From assembly GCA_049860595.1 (NCBI GenBank), contig CP187551.1: DNA of 64,000 bases. One strand, given 5' to 3'. Made by a program: the position numbers and the translations under genes. The notes beneath the pieces are model-generated. The model saw nothing but the letters and a program-made list of their open reading frames with translations, was not told the origin of the DNA and made no database searches. Of the stretch, positions 23,133 through 32,972 are shown one piece after another (within the stretch, counting starts at the first letter, position 1; each line of letters starts with the position of its first letter). This stretch comes from Methanocaldococcus sp. 16A. GTDB lineage: Archaea; AGJL01; Methanococci; Methanococcales; Methanocaldococcaceae.

Positions 23133-24401
23133 TTATGAAGTTGAGGTCTTATTTTTCAACAATATATTTGCTAATGGTTTTGCCCATGAAGCTTCTAAAA
23201 CAACACTAACTATTATTGTCATAAAGGTTGCTACTAATATAGTCCCAGCTAATTCTGCTGGAGGCATCAAACTTGCTATACTTTTTGGGACAATATCTGG
23301 ATGTTTCATAATTTCAGTATAAACCATCGCTGATAACGTAGCTGGAACTACTCCTCTCGGCCCCTCTAAAGCTATATAAATTCTTTCAGCAAGTGGTCGA
23401 ATTGGTGGAATAGCTGTAGCTATTAAAACACCAACAGGTCTTGCTAAAAGTATAGAACCTAATGCACACATAAACGCTGGAGTAGCGTATTTTTCTAATA
23501 GAGGTATTGAGATACTTGCCCCCAATAATATAAAGATTAATATTCTAATAAATATTGATAACTCATCCAAAAACATGGCAACCTTTTCCATATCCGCTCT
23601 ATGTTCTTTTTTATGCACTATAACATTTCCAATGTAAAGACCCATAATAGCCACAGCCATAAATCCACTAATTTCATAGCCAGTTATTGATGGGAAAATT
23701 CCCTCAGCAAAATACCAAAAAGCAATAGCCAAACCTAATGTAAATGGGGCAATATAATCTTCAAACTTAATTTTTGATATAATAGATTCATAAAACTTAC
23801 CAGCAATTAATCCAAGTATAATTCCTCCAACAGCTAATGAAACAAACTCGAGAATAGGATTCTCAGCTTTTGCCAAACCAAGAGCTGATAAACATATTAA
23901 CGTTATAACAATCCCTAATGGGTCGTTAAATACACTTTCTGCCTCCAATGTTATCGCCACTTCAGGATTTATATCCATTTTAGAAAATATTGGGATTAGA
24001 GTAGCTGGGTCAGTGGCAGAGACAATAGCTCCAAATAACAAACCTATTAATGACAAAATTGGAAGGTGGAAGACGAAGTTAAATACAACTCCTGATATAA
24101 CCCAAACTATTAATAACGCCAATATATCAAGTTTTAAAATAACATCTAATACTTTCTTCATAATGTTCCATTCCATTTCAAAAGAACCTATGAATAATAA
24201 AATTATTAACCCAAAGTTTCCAATAAAATCAAATGAGTTTGTAACAATATTTTTTGGAATAATATTTAGAGCAGATAATATAAGTCCAAATATTAATAAT
24301 AGAGGTATATCTGGAATACCTATCTTTTTAGCAATTTTTGCTATTATAGCACCTCCAGCAAAAAGAATGGATAGATATCCAAGGAACAACACAATATCCA
24401 T
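23133..24401 (-). CDS. Na+/H+ antiporter (CPA1/NhaP family)
   Basis: SATDPATL, ESVFNDPLGI, GPRGVVPA motifs; about 13 TM segments. Confidence 0.9.
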   Translation of the reverse strand: MDIVLFLGYLSILFAGGAIIAKIAKKIGIPDIPLLLIFGLILSALNIIPKNIVTNSFDFIGNFGLIILLFIGSFEMEWNIMKKVLDVILKLDILALLIVWVISGVVFNFVFHLPILSLIGLLFGAIVSATDPATLIPIFSKMDINPEVAITLEAESVFNDPLGIVITLICLSALGLAKAENPILEFVSLAVGGIILGLIAGKFYESIISKIKFEDYIAPFTLGLAIAFWYFAEGIFPSITGYEISGFMAVAIMGLYIGNVIVHKKEHRADMEKVAMFLDELSIFIRILIFILLGASISIPLLEKYATPAFMCALGSILLARPVGVLIATAIPPIRPLAERIYIALEGPRGVVPATLSAMVYTEIMKHPDIVPKSIASLMPPAELAGTILVATFMTIIVSVVLEASWAKPLANILLKNKTSTS

Positions 24402-24466
24402 GATATCACCAATCTTTTAATTTTGAATATTCATACATTATAGAAAGCACATATAAATCTTTCTAT

Positions 24467-25642
24467 TTGGTGGTAAATGTGAATAGCAATGATTATGATG
24501 TTGTTATTATTGGTGGGGGACCAATTGGCTGTATAACAGGAGAAAACATAAAAAACGGCAAAGTTTTGATTGTTGAAGAGCATCAAAGTATTGGTGTTCC
24601 TTTGCAGTGTGCTGGTTTAATTAGCAAGAATGGAGTTAAAGAGCTTGGAAATCCCAAAGGAGTTGTTAATAAAATTAAAGGGGCATATATATATTCAAAA
24701 AATAACTCAGTGAAAATTGGAAATGAAGAAATTAGAGCTTATGTTTTTGAGAGAAAAGTTATGGATAAAGATATTGCTATAAGGGCTTCAAAAAAATGTG
24801 ATTTTTTGTTAAAAGCTTATGGAGAAATTGAAAAAGATAAAGAGAATTATAAAGTTAAAATAACTCACTTAGGAGAAGAAATAGAATTAAAACCAAAAAT
24901 TATTGTAGGAGCTGATGGAGCTAAAACAATAACAGGTAAAAAATTGGGATTAGTAAATAATAAGAATAGAGAGATTTTATCAAGCTGCCAATTTGAGATG
25001 GTAAACGCTAACGTAGATGATGATTTTGTCTATGTTTTTTTGGATAAAAGATATTCAGAAAGGTTTTTTACTTGGATAATCCCAATGGGAAATGATAGAG
25101 TTAGAGTAGGTTTGATAGATAAAGGTAACTGTTACAACAAACTCACGAAATTTATAAATGAAAATGAAATAGCAAAGGAAATTTTAAAAAAAGCAACAAT
25201 AACGGAATTCTCAACAGGCTCTTTACCAATAGGATATTTAGATAAAGCTTTTAAAAATAATGTTCTATTGGTTGGAGATGCCGCTTGTCATGTAAAACCT
25301 CTAAGTGGAGGAGGATTGTACTTTGGAGCTATGGGAGGGAAAATAGCAGGAGAGGTCGTTAGTAAATATTTAAACGACGAAATAAATAGTTTGGAACTTT
25401 ACGATAAAAAATGGAAAGAAAAATTTGGAAATGAAATAAAAAACGGATTATTAGTTAGAAAAATCTTTTTAAAGTTGGGAGATGATACCTTAGATAAGCT
25501 TATTAGTAAATTAGCAAGGAGTGATTTGATTGACTATATAAATAAGCATGGAGATATGGATAAGCAGGCATTTTTAGCAATGAAAGTTTTAAAATCATTA
25601 GATTTTGGACTATGCATGAAATTTTTAAGAGATTTGTTGTAA
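24467..25642 (+). CDS. geranylgeranyl reductase family FAD oxidoreductase
   Basis: DVVIIGGGPIG, PLQCAG, VGADG, WIIP, VGDAA...PLSGGG. Confidence 0.85.
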   Translation: MVVNVNSNDYDVVIIGGGPIGCITGENIKNGKVLIVEEHQSIGVPLQCAGLISKNGVKELGNPKGVVNKIKGAYIYSKNNSVKIGNEEIRAYVFERKVMDKDIAIRASKKCDFLLKAYGEIEKDKENYKVKITHLGEEIELKPKIIVGADGAKTITGKKLGLVNNKNREILSSCQFEMVNANVDDDFVYVFLDKRYSERFFTWIIPMGNDRVRVGLIDKGNCYNKLTKFINENEIAKEILKKATITEFSTGSLPIGYLDKAFKNNVLLVGDAACHVKPLSGGGLYFGAMGGKIAGEVVSKYLNDEINSLELYDKKWKEKFGNEIKNGLLVRKIFLKLGDDTLDKLISKLARSDLIDYINKHGDMDKQAFLAMKVLKSLDFGLCMKFLRDLL

Positions 25643-25674
25643 AAATTAATTTTTAATAATACCAAAAAATAGGA

Positions 25675-28600
25675 TTATTTTATACTCAAAATCTCTTCAT
25701 GTAAAGCTTTTAGCACTTCCAAATAATCAACATCCCCATTTTCAATTTTGTCCATAATTTCCTCTAACTCTCTTGTTCTCTCTTCAGATATTAAGTTAGG
25801 ATAATTATTTATTAGATAATTATAAACCTCAATTCCCAATTTTGTTGGAATTAATTTATTTTTATCTTTACTTTTTATAACATACCCTCTATCTAATAAC
25901 TTTTTAATAATTTGAGCATAGGTTGATGGTCTTCCAATACCTCTCTCTTTCATTAACTTAACAACTTCTCCTTCATCATATAATGGAACTTTTGGAATTT
26001 TTCTAATTTTTTTCTCTAATATTTTTAAAGAGTTTTTCTCAATCTTTGGAAGTTTTTTTAGCTTTAAATTATAAATTCTGCTCCATCCATCAAACTTTAT
26101 ATCTACATAGCCCTCAACTTTTTCATCCAAATCTTTTATATAGATTTCCTCATAATCTACAACAGCTTCTTTCATTTGAGATGCAATAAATCTTCTAAAT
26201 ATTAAATCATAAACTTTTATGTGATTTTTGGTTAATTTTATATTATTTTCCTTTAAAAACTCTATAAGCTCTTCAGTATCCATTGGTTTTGTAGGTCTTA
26301 TACATTCATGAGCCCCTTCCATAAAATACTCTCTATTTTTTAAATAATCCTCTAAATTGTTTAGCTTTAGATATTCTCTTGCCACTCTCATCCCATCTAA
26401 TGAAACTCTTGTTGAAGAGGTTCTGTGATATGTGGAAAAGCCCAGTTCAAAGAGTTCTTGAGCTATAGCCATTACTTCATCTGCACTTAACCCAAATCTC
26501 TTTGTAGCTTCTTCCAATAATGTATCTGTTGTAAATGGTGGTAGTGGAGGAATTTCTTTCTCATAGATATTTACTTCAACTTCAACTTCATCTTTATCAA
26601 ATTCTTTTTCCCAAACCTTTCCAATGTAGATGTCATTTTCCAATTTTAAAGATAAATAAGGAACTTTTATTTTATGTTCATTGTATCTCTCTATAATCCA
26701 TCCTAAGACAGGAGTTTGAACTCTACCAGCTGAGAGGTAATGTTTATTAAATACCTCCCATAATTTTTGACTTAATCTAAATCCAATCCACCTATCTTCT
26801 ATTCTCCTAACTATTTGGCCTTTAACTTTATTTTCATCTAACTCTAATTTTTCTCCTTTTTTAAATGATTCTACTGCCTTTAATATAGCCCTCTTTGTAA
26901 TTTCATTAAATCCTACTCTATAGATGTTTTTATTAAATGGAAGGGCATTTATGGCTATATCATAACCTATTTTCTCCCCTTCTGTATCAATATCCGTTGC
27001 TATAAATATAGCATCAACTTCATCTGCAATCTCTCTAATAATTTCTATATTCTCCTTTGCATCCATTGCATTTACTTTTTCTCCTCTTTCAATTAATTGC
27101 TTTATTAACTCTTCAAAATTCTTCTGGTCTGTAAATTGCTCTCCATTCACTTTTTTAATTGATGTATATATTGGAATATATAAGTTATTTTCTATCTTGA
27201 CTCCATAAAAGCCCTCTTTTGTAACTAAATCAAATACATGCCCCCCACTTGCAGTTATAATTAAGTTTAAGTCCCCAACACAAACTTCATAAACATTTCT
27301 ATTGTTTATTTTTCTAACAGAAGGCTTTCCAAAGAAATTAGCGATAGTTCTAGCTTTGTTAGGACTTTCTACAACCATTAAAACAGATTTTAACAAATCA
27401 GGAACTTTCCCCTTAGCTCTACCTAATTTTATCTTTTCCCTAATTTCATCAATCTCTTTAATTAACTCCTCTAAGTTTATCTCATCAATCTTTTTAAATT
27501 CACTTTCATACATAAACAGCATGTATTTTTTAAGGTATTCAAAAATCTCTTTTTCATCCACCAATACAATACTTGCTCCTTTAGTTAAACCAAACTCTGT
27601 CATCCTTGATGTTCTTCCAGAAGCTTGAATGTAGGTTTTTACATCAGGGATTAATAATAGATATTCGTTATCTTCTTTTCTAAGTGAAAAATTCTTTATT
27701 TTTAATTTTTCTGTAATTATTTGCCTAATTTCTTCTTCTGTTTTTCCTTCAATGTCAATATCTTCCTTCAACTCCCCTTTCTCTTTTAAATTGTTGATAT
27801 ATTCCTTTAGTTTAATTTTAAACTTTGGAATTCCATAGAATATTGCATATCTAACTCTTTCAGGCATATCTAAACCTCTAACCAAAACTCCATAGTATGA
27901 AGCTACACCAATCAAAACATCTATCTCTCCATTTCTAAAATCATCAAATCCTTTTTTATCTTTTGAATGAATTAATTTTGCTTTAATGTTGTTTTCTAAT
28001 AGGAATTTCTCAATTTCTTGTGCTTTTTCAATACCATAATCAATTGAGACAAATACAATTCCCCCACTACCAAATAATTTTATATATTCCAATATTTTCT
28101 CTTTGCTAAATTCTTCATCATAAATATCTACAACATCTCTAAGCTTATTCATTCCAAATCCAATTTCAAAATTCAAAAGTTCTCTATAGAGTTTAACTCT
28201 ATCTCCATAACTTTTTCCAGTAGCTGAAGCAATTATTAAACAACCATGTTTTATTTTTTCTAATTTTTTCTTTAAAATTTCTCTCTTTTTTAATGCATCA
28301 TCTATTTTTCCAATTTTTATTAAATAGATAATTTTATATGCTTCATTTATAATCTCTTCATTAAATCCTAACAACTTCAAAGTTCTATCAATGTTTTTTG
28401 ATGCTTTTAATAGAGCATCGACATCATCAACGAATATAAAGTCAAATTTCATATTTGGAGTGTTTTTTGCTAAAAAATTAGATGTTGTTATTAGTATATC
28501 ATAATCGTTATTCTCAATTCTCTCCTTTACCTCTCTCTTTTCCTTTGTTGATAATTCTGAATGATATGCCACCACTTTAATGTTTAATTTATTTTTCTCT

Positions 28601-29034
28601 ATTAGAGATAACATTTTTTCATACGTTTGTTTAACTAAGAGTGTTGTAGGCAGAATTATATAGCATTTCTTTCCTTTTTTAGCTAAAAATAGGCTCATTA
28701 ATATACCAAAGAAACTCTTCCCCACACCAGTTGGTGCAACAATTGAAAAACTTTTGTTTTTTAAAACTCTCTTTGCCCACATCTTTTGTATGCTTAAAAG
28801 CTCATATCCTAAATCTTTTACAAATCCTTCAAATTCTTTAAATTCATTCCACATAATACAGTAATTCTTTAAGTTATCTAAAGTTTTTTCTTCTCTAAGT
28901 TTTTCACATAATTCTAATTTTTCAAAGACCTTATCTTCTTTTAAACATTTTTCACAAACTCCAATTTCTAACCTTTTGCTTGTTATATCCCCACCACAGT
29001 TGGGGCACATCTCTTTATATATCATCGGTATCAT
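25675..29034 (-). CDS. rgy: reverse gyrase (intein-free)
   Basis: N-terminal CPNC...CEKC zinc finger, APTGVGKS, DDVD, QASGRTSR helicase-like domain fused to topoisomerase IA (VESPNKA, SAGRVQTP, TYHRT, GIGRPSTY). Confidence 0.97.
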   Translation of the reverse strand: MIPMIYKEMCPNCGGDITSKRLEIGVCEKCLKEDKVFEKLELCEKLREEKTLDNLKNYCIMWNEFKEFEGFVKDLGYELLSIQKMWAKRVLKNKSFSIVAPTGVGKSFFGILMSLFLAKKGKKCYIILPTTLLVKQTYEKMLSLIEKNKLNIKVVAYHSELSTKEKREVKERIENNDYDILITTSNFLAKNTPNMKFDFIFVDDVDALLKASKNIDRTLKLLGFNEEIINEAYKIIYLIKIGKIDDALKKREILKKKLEKIKHGCLIIASATGKSYGDRVKLYRELLNFEIGFGMNKLRDVVDIYDEEFSKEKILEYIKLFGSGGIVFVSIDYGIEKAQEIEKFLLENNIKAKLIHSKDKKGFDDFRNGEIDVLIGVASYYGVLVRGLDMPERVRYAIFYGIPKFKIKLKEYINNLKEKGELKEDIDIEGKTEEEIRQIITEKLKIKNFSLRKEDNEYLLLIPDVKTYIQASGRTSRMTEFGLTKGASIVLVDEKEIFEYLKKYMLFMYESEFKKIDEINLEELIKEIDEIREKIKLGRAKGKVPDLLKSVLMVVESPNKARTIANFFGKPSVRKINNRNVYEVCVGDLNLIITASGGHVFDLVTKEGFYGVKIENNLYIPIYTSIKKVNGEQFTDQKNFEELIKQLIERGEKVNAMDAKENIEIIREIADEVDAIFIATDIDTEGEKIGYDIAINALPFNKNIYRVGFNEITKRAILKAVESFKKGEKLELDENKVKGQIVRRIEDRWIGFRLSQKLWEVFNKHYLSAGRVQTPVLGWIIERYNEHKIKVPYLSLKLENDIYIGKVWEKEFDKDEVEVEVNIYEKEIPPLPPFTTDTLLEEATKRFGLSADEVMAIAQELFELGFSTYHRTSSTRVSLDGMRVAREYLKLNNLEDYLKNREYFMEGAHECIRPTKPMDTEELIEFLKENNIKLTKNHIKVYDLIFRRFIASQMKEAVVDYEEIYIKDLDEKVEGYVDIKFDGWSRIYNLKLKKLPKIEKNSLKILEKKIRKIPKVPLYDEGEVVKLMKERGIGRPSTYAQIIKKLLDRGYVIKSKDKNKLIPTKLGIEVYNYLINNYPNLISEERTRELEEIMDKIENGDVDYLEVLKALHEEILSIK

Positions 29035-29168
29035 AAATAACACCACATTTTGGTAGAACATAATAATTATTATAATATTATTTTTTTAATGTTGATTTGA
29101 CATAGAAGGGATTTAAAAACTTTTTGCCTTATTTATTGTTATTACCAAAGTAATCGTAAGTGGTAATT

Positions 29169-29750
29169 ATGGGATTTTTAGATGATAAAAAGAGGACATT
29201 AATGAATTTAGAGCTTGCTATAAGGGAAGGTTTGGTTGATGAAGAGATAATTCCAATATTAAATAAAATTAATGAGCTTGATGATTATTATACCACATCA
29301 AGTTGTATTGGCAGAGTAGGAATAATGGAAATTCCAAAAGATAAAAATCCAAAACTGTATTCAAGATGGCTTGGAAAGTGGCATCACTACGCTACTTATG
29401 ATGAGATGTTTGATGCATTAAAAGAGAGAAAAGAAGGTTATTTAGTTTTCGTTATGAACTCTCCTATATTGCATATTGCATGTAAAGACATTGATTCTGC
29501 AAAAAAGATGCTTGAATTAGCCATACACTCTGGATTAAAAGCTTCTTCAATAAAGTCAGTTTCAGAGAAAAGGGTTATTGTTGAAATTTTAACAACCTAT
29601 AAGGTAGATGCCCCAATAGGTGAGGATGGAAAAATATTTGTTGATAATAATTATTTAAAGTTTTTATTGGATTATAGTAATTCTAAACTTAAAAAAGCAA
29701 GAGAAATTTTAATGAGATGGGCAAATAGGTTAGATGAGCTAAATAAATAA
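29169..29750 (+). CDS. taw3: tRNA(Phe) wyosine-derivative methyltransferase Taw3/TYW3
   Basis: VDEEIIPIL, YYTTSSCIGR, KWH, PILHI. Confidence 0.88.
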   Translation: MGFLDDKKRTLMNLELAIREGLVDEEIIPILNKINELDDYYTTSSCIGRVGIMEIPKDKNPKLYSRWLGKWHHYATYDEMFDALKERKEGYLVFVMNSPILHIACKDIDSAKKMLELAIHSGLKASSIKSVSEKRVIVEILTTYKVDAPIGEDGKIFVDNNYLKFLLDYSNSKLKKAREILMRWANRLDELNK

Positions 29751-29759
29751 ACTAAATTA

Positions 29760-30431
29760 TTATTTAATTATTTCAACTATCTCTCCATCTCTCAACTTAA
29801 TAATCTTAGAAGCAAACTTTAACAACTCTTGCTCATGTGTAACCATAATTATTGTTATTCCATTATCATTCAACTTCTTCAAGATATTCATAACAACCTC
29901 TCCACTTTTACTGTCTAAATTACCAGTAGGTTCATCTGCAAATATTATCTTTGGATTGTTAGCTAAAGCCCTTGCTATAGCAACCCTCTGCTGTTGCCCT
30001 CCACTCAATTGATGAGGATAATGATACATTCTATCTTCCAAACCAACCAACTCTAAAAGCTCCTCTGCTCTCTTCCTTCTATATATTTTATTCTTCTCAT
30101 CCAATATCATTGGTAATTCAACATTTTCTAATGCAGTTAGTGTTTTTATCAAATGAAACTGCTGAAATATAAACCCACAAATCCTTCTTCTAAATATTAC
30201 CCTCTCATTCTCACTCATTGAGCTTGTTTTTCTCCCTTTATAATAAACCTCCCCTTTTGTAGGGACATCTAAAAGAGCTAAAATATTTAGTAAAGTGGAT
30301 TTACCACAACCAGAGGGACCAATTATCATTACAAACTCCCCTTCTTCAATTTCTAAATTTATATTTTTTAATGCAATTGTTTTTGCCTCCCCTCTTCCAT
30401 AAATTTTCCAAACATTTTCAGCTTTTATCAA
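29760..30431 (-). CDS. ABC transporter ATP-binding protein (MacB/LolD-like)
   Basis: GPSGCGKST, GFIFQQFHL, LSGGQQQRVAIARAL, ADEPTGNLD. Confidence 0.9.
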   Translation of the reverse strand: MIKAENVWKIYGRGEAKTIALKNINLEIEEGEFVMIIGPSGCGKSTLLNILALLDVPTKGEVYYKGRKTSSMSENERVIFRRRICGFIFQQFHLIKTLTALENVELPMILDEKNKIYRRKRAEELLELVGLEDRMYHYPHQLSGGQQQRVAIARALANNPKIIFADEPTGNLDSKSGEVVMNILKKLNDNGITIIMVTHEQELLKFASKIIKLRDGEIVEIIK

Positions 30432-30433
30432 TT

Positions 30434-31621
30434 TTACTCCCCTCTCAATGTTTCTATTGGATTCAACTTAGCCCCCCTCCTTGCTGGGAAATATCCGCTA
30501 ACAACTCCAACCAAAAACGAAAATGCCAAAACTCCAACAATTAACTCCCAAGAAATCCAAGCATTTACCATCAAATATCCCATTTTATGAGCTAAAATTT
30601 CAACGACTTTTGCTATCAAAATTCCCAAAATTAAACCAATTATTCCACCAAATAATCCTAAAAATCCAGATTCAACAACAAATATTGCTAAAATGTCAGT
30701 AGTCTTTGCTCCTAACGCCTTTAATATACCTATATCTTTCCTCCTCTCCAAAATACTCATATGCATTGTGTTTGAGATTCCCACAGCTCCAACCAATAAA
30801 GATATAGCTGCTACTCCAACAACGAATATTGTTATAACTCCAAGAATAGAGCTAACAGATTCAGCCAACTGCTCTGATGTTAAAACAGAGAACTCTTCAT
30901 CTCCAAAGCATTTTTTTAAAGCTTTTCTGATGTCTTCAGAGACTTTTTTTACATCTTCACCTTCTTTTACAGTCACCATAATAAAGTTATACTTTTCCTC
31001 ATTTCCAAATAATTTTTCTCCAACATCTATATTTAGGATAATTGAGTTATCATCCTGTTGATTACCTACCTGTTTTAATATTCCTACTACTCTAAATTTT
31101 TTGTCCTTTATTTTTATTACATCTCCAACCTCTATTTCCCTATCAAATAAATTATGCGCAACACCATAACCAATAATACATGCATATTTGTCATTATCTT
31201 TTAACCACCTACCCTTTTCAAGCCCATAACCACTATTCTCATAAGCCTCTTTCATTTTTGTAGGAATTGCATAATAGTAGGATACATAAGCCTTTTTACC
31301 ATTATACTCAATCTCACATCCTCCATACCAACCATACATCACTGTTTCAACACCTTTAACATTTTTAACAGTTTTAACCTCTTTTTTTGTAAATAGATGT
31401 GTGGGAGGAACGCCAAACTGTTTTATTGGTAGAATTGTTATTTTATTAGAACCTATTTTCATCATTTCTTCATGTATATAAGTTTTAACTCCATAACCCA
31501 AAGAAATTAAACTAACTATGGCTAAAACTCCAATTACAATACCTATAATAGTCAATAAACTCTGAGTTCTTTTTTGTTTTATATTTTTAAATGCAAAGAT
31601 TATGATGTCATCAAATTTCAT
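30434..31621 (-). CDS. ABC transporter permease (MacB/FtsX-like)
   Basis: SLLTIIGIVIG, large extracellular domain, ERRKDIGILKALGA, PARRGAKLNPIETLR. Confidence 0.9.
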   Translation of the reverse strand: MKFDDIIIFAFKNIKQKRTQSLLTIIGIVIGVLAIVSLISLGYGVKTYIHEEMMKIGSNKITILPIKQFGVPPTHLFTKKEVKTVKNVKGVETVMYGWYGGCEIEYNGKKAYVSYYYAIPTKMKEAYENSGYGLEKGRWLKDNDKYACIIGYGVAHNLFDREIEVGDVIKIKDKKFRVVGILKQVGNQQDDNSIILNIDVGEKLFGNEEKYNFIMVTVKEGEDVKKVSEDIRKALKKCFGDEEFSVLTSEQLAESVSSILGVITIFVVGVAAISLLVGAVGISNTMHMSILERRKDIGILKALGAKTTDILAIFVVESGFLGLFGGIIGLILGILIAKVVEILAHKMGYLMVNAWISWELIVGVLAFSFLVGVVSGYFPARRGAKLNPIETLRGE

Positions 31622-31733
31622 AAATTTCCCCTAAAATTATCAGCCATATTATACAGTGTCTATAGTGTCTTAATAAATAATATAATATATAATCATCTCT
31701 TAATAAATAAATATTTATAATAAAATTGGTGAT

Positions 31734-32921
31734 ATGATGTTAAAAAAATTTTTAACAATTTTAATAGGATTAGTTATTTTTCTCATATTATCTCAAGTAT
31801 CAGCTATTCAAGTAGATGAAATCCAGTATCAGCCAAATATTATTCATCCAGGGGATGATGTAGATTTGTGGATTAAAATAACTAATAATAATTATGATAA
31901 TGAAGTGAAAAATATAGTTGTTGAGATATCTCCACATTATCCATTTGAGTTAAAGCAAGTAAATCCAATTAAAGGGAGAGCAACAATTAGCCATCTAAAT
32001 CCTGGAGAATCAGATACTGTATATTTCAAACTACATGTAGATGAGAATGCTCCTTCAAGAGATTATAGAATAGATGTAAAAGTAAGTTATGATGAGGTTG
32101 ATAAAGAAAATGGTGAAGAGATAACTCATCACTATGAATTTACTAAACCTTATTATCTCCCAGTTTATGGAATTGCAAGTTTTCAATTAAAAATAAATGA
32201 TACTTCAATAAATCCTGGAGAAACAAAAAATATTATGCTAAATATAAAGAATGTTGGAACCGGAAATGCAAAAAATATAAATATATATTTGATTGGAAAT
32301 GATAAAATCAACATTTTAGGTGGAAGCTTAATTTTCATTGGATGTTTAAAAGCAAATAGTCAATATACAATCCCTATAAAAATATATGCAGTTCCAGAGA
32401 TTGAAAATGGAATATATCCAATTAATGCAAAATTATTTTGGATTGGAGAAGATGGAAGGAATTATAATTTAACAATCCCTTTAAACATAAGGGTTGTAAA
32501 AAAAATCTATAAAAATCAACCGTACATTTATTTAGATGATGTAAAAAATAAAGGAGATTATGTGGAAATAACTATTGGAATTGCTAATAGAGGGACAACA
32601 AAAATTAGACATTGTGTAATGATTTTAAATGCAAATGGGAAAAATTATACCAAATATATTGGAGATTTGGATGAGGATGATTACGATACCTCAATCTTTG
32701 AAATTAATGATTTTGGAGAGATTCAAATTAAAGTAGCTGTTAATTACTTTGATGATTACCACAATTCATATAATATCACAAGAACATTCAATATACATGT
32801 AGAAAAATTAGAAAATCATGAATCATTAAATATTATCTATATAATCAGTGGTGTGATTGTTATTGTAGCAATTCTCTATCTCATCATAAGAAAAAGACGT
32901 AAAAACTTTGAAGAAATTTAA
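31734..32921 (+). CDS. COG1361-type S-layer-domain membrane-anchored protein
   Basis: Signal peptide, PGDDVDLWIKITN / LNPGES / KNVGTGNA Ig-like repeats, C-terminal TM plus RKRRK. Confidence 0.75.
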   Translation: MMLKKFLTILIGLVIFLILSQVSAIQVDEIQYQPNIIHPGDDVDLWIKITNNNYDNEVKNIVVEISPHYPFELKQVNPIKGRATISHLNPGESDTVYFKLHVDENAPSRDYRIDVKVSYDEVDKENGEEITHHYEFTKPYYLPVYGIASFQLKINDTSINPGETKNIMLNIKNVGTGNAKNINIYLIGNDKINILGGSLIFIGCLKANSQYTIPIKIYAVPEIENGIYPINAKLFWIGEDGRNYNLTIPLNIRVVKKIYKNQPYIYLDDVKNKGDYVEITIGIANRGTTKIRHCVMILNANGKNYTKYIGDLDEDDYDTSIFEINDFGEIQIKVAVNYFDDYHNSYNITRTFNIHVEKLENHESLNIIYIISGVIVIVAILYLIIRKRRKNFEEI

Positions 32922-32972
32922 ATTTAAAACTTTTATATTTTTAAGAAAAAAATTTAAAAAAATTAGAGATAT

